Assembly (NCBI GenBank): GCA_050949505.1
Contig: JBMNFV010000001.1
Span: 637,644 to 701,643, forward strand
DNA length: 64,000 bases
Direction of reading: 5' to 3'
From: Patescibacteria group bacterium
GTDB lineage: Bacteria; Patescibacteriota; Patescibacteriia; Patescibacteriales; UBA12465
Made by a program: the position numbers and the translations under genes. Shown piece by piece: positions 1 to 6,200 of the stretch (its first letter is position 1; the number at the start of each line of letters is the position of its first letter). Under the pieces are notes generated by a model that saw only the letters and a list, made by a program, of their open reading frames with translations, had not been told where the DNA came from and searched no databases.

Positions 1-2464
1 AAGAGTACAGATGTAGCTGTCCCTTGGGAGCAGTGGTGCCGATACCAACATTTCCCTCGAACCCATTGTAGATATATTGATAGGTAGATATTTTTGTGTA
101 ATTATTTATTTGCGTATCTGCCGAAGAAAAATCTGCACTCCCAACAACACTCATAGTTACGTCTATGCTCCTGCTCGAATCGGAGCTACCTCCTGAAAAA
201 TTTATTCCTAAATCGAAATTCCTTTCATTTATAGGCTTGTAATAGAACTCTACATACTCATCTAATCCTCGAGGGAGCACCCTAAAACCGTTTGATCCGA
301 AATAATACACTCTAGGGATTTTATCGTATCCTCTAGTAATTAAATATTCTAAACCAGAGCCGCCCAAGCTATTGCCCCCCATACCTATAGTAACCTTTAT
401 ACTACTACTAGGAGCAAACCGTCCCAATGGAAGGAAGTTAGTAGTAGGACTACCTGTCCAACTTGTAGAAGTTGATATTTTATGGACAGAATAATAACCA
501 CCAACATCAAAAATACTTCTAGGGTTACTTGTCCCTATTCCTATGTTGGCTCCATTATTATAAAGCGTAGTATCAGCTATCCAAGCTGAGCCATTTGATC
601 TTAATGTAGATCCACTGGTAGTAGGGGTAGGTAGACCTGTTGCTATTGATGATGACGTGGAATAAAGATTGCCCAAATTGTCAGTCATTACTATTTTATT
701 ACCACCACCACCCAACAAAGAAATGGTAGCTGAGTTAGCTCGAAAAGAACCAGCCACATCTAACTTTGCGTTTGGGTCAGTTGTACCTATGCCGATATTT
801 CCATTATTTTTAATAAACAATCGACTGGTTGTTGCTGTCTGTAAATCTATGCCGTAGCTTTGATTATTAAGAGTGGTAAGGCCAGTGCTGCCATTGTACA
901 ATTGCAAATACGCACTAGCTGAATTACCAGAGCCCCCAAAATCCTTTCCCCCTCCTATTCTCCAATTTGCCATCGCTATATCTCCTTGAATTTCTAATTT
1001 AGTAGTAGAATAAAGATTACCCGAACTATCAACCATTACCATTTTATTACCGCCACCACCCAACAAAGAAATGGTAGCTGAGTTAGCTCGAAAAGAACCA
1101 GCCACATCTAACTTTGCTCCTGGATTAGTAGTACCGATACCAATGTGCCCTTTATCTGTCCCACTCCCACCTTTAATAAACAAGTTACTACTTCCTTGTG
1201 TAACAATTTCATAGGAACCATCCTCTCTTTCAAAAGGTCGGTCACTAATCTCAAAGCCTCCTACTTGCATTATTCCGTTAACACTAGAAGCATTAAAACC
1301 ATAGTTAGTAATAATCAAGGGTTGAATGTATCTTGTTCCAACAGGAAATTGAGTCAGTGAAGTTCCTTCTCCTTGAATTTTCCCATAATACCAAGTGCCA
1401 TTACTATCCGGATTTTTGCCGCCAGCTATAAAATATCCATTCGTCCCTGTATTACCTGACAAGGCATTCATATTTTTATCATAAGCTCTATAGCCAGCAT
1501 AAAAAGTCCCTGACCCTTGAGTCCTCGCTGCCCAAATCCGTCCATAATAAGTGGTACCAGGATTGATTGCTATTAACTGATCTAAATAGTACCACACTCC
1601 TCCAGTAGAAGATCCAGAATAAATAAATTGATGAGCTTTCCCTGTAGGGATTTTCGCGCTATTAACAGGGTCAACTACTGTAGGCTTACTATTTTCAGTT
1701 CCACTCTTCCTCTTCCACATAGTTGTTGTGCTCCTCCAGGACTCTGCAGAAATAGTAATCAGATTAGCTCCTGAACCACCTCCAGTAACTCGCTTAAGAC
1801 CTCCGTCAATCGATAGTGATCCAGTTATTATATTCTCTCCCGTCCCATCCGTCTTCAAAACTCCGGCAGTGGAGTGTAGGTTGTTGGCTACCAACAAAGA
1901 GTCTGCCTGGACTCCAGAAAGGTCTAGCCAGCGAGCATTATTATTATTATAAATTGTCCCTCCTTCAGTAATCTTGAGATTGTGTTTTATGTCCAAAACG
2001 GTACTTGGATTAGTAACTCCAATGCCTACTCCCGAGTGATTCATCCTAATCATTTCGGTAACTAAGTTGCTTGGTTTTAAAATTCCCAATGATAAATATC
2101 CCTCATCCGAATTAGTTTCATTAAAAGATCCTGCCTCAATATATCCCTGCATCCTACTATGCCCTATTTCTGCCCTAGCAGCCCCTACTCCATTTCCAGT
2201 TGCATAAGGAATATCGTTAAAAACCTGCAAAAGGGTTAGTGGGGTATTTGACGCACCAACCCCTCTAATTGTTAACCTTGATCCCGGATTACTCGTCCCC
2301 ACCCCTAGCTTCCAATCAGTGTTAACTGGGACAATGGAATTATTTAGCACAGTCCAGAGCTGGTCTGGTTGAGTGATATAGGCGGCTTGAACTTGGCTAA
2401 TTAAGATTAGGCCTAACAAGGGGACTATTCCCCATAGTAGTTTGTAATAGTTAAAAGGTTTAAT
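1..2464 (-). CDS. Secreted tail-fibre-like repeat protein, paralog of the 1927-aa giant. The 3' end runs off the window, so it is longer than 820 aa.
   Basis: Absent from the supplied ORF track because there is no stop inside the window. My codon-by-codon reverse-complement translation of 1..2464 is stop-free in one frame. The N-terminus KPFNYYKLLWGIVPLLGLILISQVQAA looks like a signal peptide. There are six G-[IV]-G-[ITV]-x-x-P-x-x-x-L motifs, e.g. HIGIGTTNPGAKLDVAG, GNIGIGTTDPNAKLDVAG and GNVGIGTTAPKGQLHL. There is no in-frame ATG or GTG after the upstream TAA; the start candidates are ATT at 2464 or TTG at 2419. Confidence 0.65.
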   Translation of the reverse strand, partial: MKPFNYYKLLWGIVPLLGLILISQVQAAYITQPDQLWTVLNNSIVPVNTDWKLGVGTSNPGSRLTIRGVGASNTPLTLLQVFNDIPYATGNGVGAARAEIGHSRMQGYIEAGSFNETNSDEGYLSLGILKPSNLVTEMIRMNHSGVGIGVTNPSTVLDIKHNLKITEGGTIYNNNNARWLDLSGVQADSLLVANNLHSTAGVLKTDGTGENIITGSLSIDGGLKRVTGGGSGANLITISAESWRSTTTMWKRKSGTENSKPTVVDPVNSAKIPTGKAHQFIYSGSSTGGVWYYLDQLIAINPGTTYYGRIWAARTQGSGTFYAGYRAYDKNMNALSGNTGTNGYFIAGGKNPDSNGTWYYGKIQGEGTSLTQFPVGTRYIQPLIITNYGFNASSVNGIMQVGGFEISDRPFEREDGSYEIVTQGSSNLFIKGGSGTDKGHIGIGTTNPGAKLDVAGSFRANSATISLLGGGGNKMVMVDSSGNLYSTTKLEIQGDIAMANWRIGGGKDFGGSGNSASAYLQLYNGSTGLTTLNNQSYGIDLQTATTSRLFIKNNGNIGIGTTDPNAKLDVAGSFRANSATISLLGGGGNKIVMTDNLGNLYSTSSSIATGLPTPTTSGSTLRSNGSAWIADTTLYNNGANIGIGTSNPRSIFDVGGYYSVHKISTSTSWTGSPTTNFLPLGRFAPSSSIKVTIGMGGNSLGGSGLEYLITRGYDKIPRVYYFGSNGFRVLPRGLDEYVEFYYKPINERNFDLGINFSGGSSDSSRSIDVTMSVVGSADFSSADTQINNYTKISTYQYIYNGFEGNVGIGTTAPKGQLHLYS
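661..769. repeat. Intragenic direct repeat, copy 1 of 2 (partner 1009..1117)
   Basis: A 109-nt segment recurs 348 nt (116 codons, in frame) away. The 3' approx 75 nt are almost identical, differing at one position by eye. It encodes GSFRANSATISLLGGGGNK[IM]VM. Confidence 0.85.
1009..1117. repeat. Intragenic direct repeat, copy 2 of 2 (partner 661..769)
   Basis: See partner. The shared core is ttattacc[ag]ccaccacccaacaaagaaatggtagctgagttagctcgaaaagaaccagccacatctaactttgc. Confidence 0.85.
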
Positions 2465-2498
2465 ATGATTAACTATTAATAATAATTATCTTGTCTAT

Positions 2499-3233
2499 TT
2501 ATCTGACAATCATCACTCCCTCAGCGCCTAGTTCTCGGTGATCAAACATGGAAGAATAGAAAGTGTATTCCCCGGCTTGAGTTGGAGCATTAAAGGTTAC
2601 TGACTTTGTCTCTCCCTTAGCTAAGCCAATCACGATACCGCTTAATGAAGGATCGTCAAAGCGGAAGATTTCTGAGAAAGTACTTTCATTAACATTAGTT
2701 ACCGCAATAATCACTGCTTGTCCACGCTCTACCGTAAAGGTATTGGGTGAGAAGCTAGTGCTAGTTACCTCTAGCTTAACTGCTGAACTAGGTAAAGAGT
2801 CAGCATTTTCCATTGGATATGATTGACTAGGAGCTCCCTGGCTAGCTGGAGCGGCAGCATTATCCACCTTAGTACCATCTCGTCTAATTACTTCCCCAGT
2901 ATTAACATCAATAAGATTATTACCAGCTGCCACTTCTACCGCCTTAATACTCTTAGTAATCTCTTCTCCGTCTTCACCAATTTCTCCACTAGGAATACTA
3001 ATCTCCACTACCCCATCTTCGCTGCCACCTTTGCTATCAATAATCTCATCAATAATCTTCTGGGTTTCCTGGGCTCCTTCTGGAGATTGAGTTTCCTTCA
3101 TCTCCTCTGGAACCTTAGTTCCGCCTGGCTTAAGAACCACTGCTCCCTCTTTGCCCGTTAAGGCGACAATAATCAAAGCGAGGAGAATCAGGCTCGCTAA
3201 AACTATCAAGCCTATTTTAATATTCTTATTCAT
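2499..3233 (-). CDS. Membrane-anchored cupredoxin-like domain protein; the copper ligands appear to be lost
   Basis: N-terminal TM helix (IGLIVLASLILLALIIVAL), an acidic low-complexity linker, and a C-terminal approx 95 aa that follows the cupredoxin_1-type pattern (FSPNTFTVERGQAVIIAVTNVN...GEYTFYSSMFDHRELGAEGVMIV). Ser sits where the Cu-binding Cys is expected, and there is no upstream His ligand. Confidence 0.5.
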   Translation of the reverse strand: MNKNIKIGLIVLASLILLALIIVALTGKEGAVVLKPGGTKVPEEMKETQSPEGAQETQKIIDEIIDSKGGSEDGVVEISIPSGEIGEDGEEITKSIKAVEVAAGNNLIDVNTGEVIRRDGTKVDNAAAPASQGAPSQSYPMENADSLPSSAVKLEVTSTSFSPNTFTVERGQAVIIAVTNVNESTFSEIFRFDDPSLSGIVIGLAKGETKSVTFNAPTQAGEYTFYSSMFDHRELGAEGVMIVR

Positions 3234-3283
3234 ATATTTAACTTAATATTAATAATAATTTATTTAACTTATTGTTAGTTTAA

Positions 3284-6200
3284 TTATAGCAAGAACCACT
3301 GATTTTGACCACAGAAGACATAAACAGCGTTATAGGGATTAGAGATTACAAAGTTGTCTCTGCCAATAATCTTATAATTTGATGACGGTGTTGAACCACT
3401 TGTACTTGGCTGGATAGTAATAGTAGTTGCTGGGGTAGAGCTACCGCTCTGATCCATAATTACGAAGAAACGACCTGTTTGACAAAGACTATCTGGTAAA
3501 TAAACAGTGCGATGAGCATTGATAGCTGAATAAGCGATAATATAGTCATCTGCCTTAGCAGTGTAATTAGCATTATTAACATAGGTAGTCTTAAGAACTA
3601 GACCTCCTTCAACTTGTAGCTTAGCCTGAGGGTTAGTGGTGCCGATGCCGATGTTGCCACTAGCAGTGATCGTCATCCTTTCTGTTCCGCTAGTAATAAA
3701 GCCAATATCTTCACTATTTGTAGACCCTAATACTCGTTTAGCATTTAAGTAGTTTCCATTAGTTAGCCAAGTAAGCCCTGGAAGTACAGTATTCTTTAAA
3801 TATCCCAAAGGCACCGCATAGTCATCTCCGAATGGGGTCTGATCTAATCCTCTAACGTGGCCAGTTCCTGCAAAAGTTAACATGTTCTTGTTAGACTCAT
3901 AGTCCCAAACTACTAACTTAGAGGAAGTCCCGATTAGTGTAGTGGTGCCGATATAGACATCACCTGCTGGGAAGAAGTGGTATTTCATAAAACTATTACC
4001 GAAAGTAGCGGTACTACTACCATTGCCAATTGCGTTATAACCAATCACTATTTCATTACTAGCGCCATTAGCTAAAGACTTAGTATTAGCCCCTATATAC
4101 ACTCCATAATTACCAGTTGTTCTTTTAGTAATATCGTCAGCTAACTTGCTACCAGCATTCGTACCTACCCCTACGTTCCCTGAGCCTGAAACTTGATACA
4201 ATAAAGAATAGGCCCCTACTCCGGTATTGCTACTGCCTGTTTTATTTTCACTTACTGCTCCGTGTCCTAAAGCTGAGTTTCCACTTCCTGAGATATTGTT
4301 TCCAAGTGCTAATCCTCCAATTGCCACATTTGTGCTTCCTGTTGCATTTCTGAACAAAGCACCATATCCAAAGGCTTGGTTATTATAACCCGTGGTATTA
4401 ACTTGTAAAGCTAGGTGGCCCACTCCTGTATTAAGTTGTCCCTCCGTATTACTCTCAAGAGCTTGATTACCTACCGCAACATTTTTCCTTCCAGAAGTTA
4501 ATGAGCTTAGAGTATTAGCTCCTACTGCTACATTATACGATCCATGATCACTGCTACTACCTCTCATGGTAAAATTGCCTGAATTCATACCCACAAAAAC
4601 ATTATAACCATCACGTCCCGATGGCTTAAAGTCATGAATAAAGGGACTGCCATCTTTATAAATCACTCCCGTAGTAGCGCTAGTAGTCACTGGTAAACGA
4701 AGACTACCTGTTAACTGTAATTGCTGTTGAGGATTAGTGGTGCCGATACCGACATTGCCTAAGTTGGCATTATAAATACTATTATTACTCCCTCCCACCC
4801 AAAACCCTAATTGTTCGCCAACATAAGGAGTGGAGGTAGGTAGAATGGCAGCATCAACATATGCTTTAGTGGCCGCATGTCCGGAAGCGGTTGGGGTTCC
4901 TACTGTAACAACATTAGAGAAATATCCTGCTCCATCAACTAGCAATGAAACTGTAGACTCTGTAGTAGATGTAGCTATGCTAACACTGCGCCCTTTTATT
5001 TTTAAAACATCTGAAAACACTGGGCTATCTGGACTAGCTCGGTGGTCAGTTTGAATAGAGAGCATATCTCCGTTTCCAATAGATATATTAACTAGACCCG
5101 AGATGTTGCCGCCATAAGAACGCACCCAAGTTGATCCAGAATTATATGCCCCCCAGGTGATAAAATTATTTCCCGAACTAGCTTGAGAGAGGGTTCCGTA
5201 ATTCCCTATTGTGGCCAAAAATCCTGACCCATAAGTTCCGCTTCCATTTAACTTTAAAGCTGGGATAGAAGAAGATGAGGCGACGGTTAACATAGCGCTG
5301 GGCACTGTGGTTCCTATGCCTATCTTCCAGTCACTATCTGCCACATAAACATTGCTACCACTCTTATTCCAATACTGAGTTGAAGTAGCACTGTAATTAT
5401 TTTGCAAATATCCTAACGGCACCGCTTGATCTGGTTCAGTGGGAGTAAGATCTAATCCTCCGATAAATCCTTTTCCAGCATTAATAGTATTTTGTCCGCC
5501 AGTGCCAACTACATGTAACATTGTTGAGGGACTAGCTGTCCCTATCCCCACATTTCCCCCTTTAGTTAGCAATAATCTTAAATCGTTGGCTGGGTTTCCT
5601 GTGCCAGCATAAAAACCTATTCCACCGCCAGCAGTATTATATAAAAAGGCATTACTTGTATTGGGACTAGCATAACTCGAGCCATAGACACCTACTTGGA
5701 ATTTATAAGAGTTATTATCTCTATTATCTCTAAACGCCATTGCTGTGTAACTATTAGATGCTGAGTTTCTGATTGTAAGTAAATTGCCAGTGTCTCCATA
5801 AACAGACAATTGGCTCACTGGGTCAATTGCTCCTATTCCAATTCCAACATTACCCACATTAGCATTATAAATACTATTATTACTCCCCCCTGTCCAGAAG
5901 CCTAATTGCTCGCCAACATAAGGAGTGGAGGTAGGCAGAATGGCAGCATCAACATATGCTTTAGTAGCTGCATGATCATCAGCTGTGGGAGTAGCTACTA
6001 TAACCGTATTATTGAACCTAGCCGATCCATTAACATCTAATTTATATTGCGGGCTGAATATTCCTATACCAATATTTCCATCATAACCAATTTTCATCCT
6101 ACTAGAATTATTTGTGTAAAAATTGATGGTAGCATTAGTTCCAGTAGGATAAGCTTCTAAGACTAAATAACCTTCATTAGAGCCTCGTATTCTTCCTGCT

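Noticed and set aside
2823-3161. Plus-strand ORFs inside the minus-strand fibre and cupredoxin genes: 2823..3161, 4830..5054, 7630..7815, and also 669..857, 1145..1360 and 1728..1952.
   Set aside because: They are antisense shadow ORFs within long, well-supported minus-strand genes. Their sequences are low-complexity and have no recognisable motifs.
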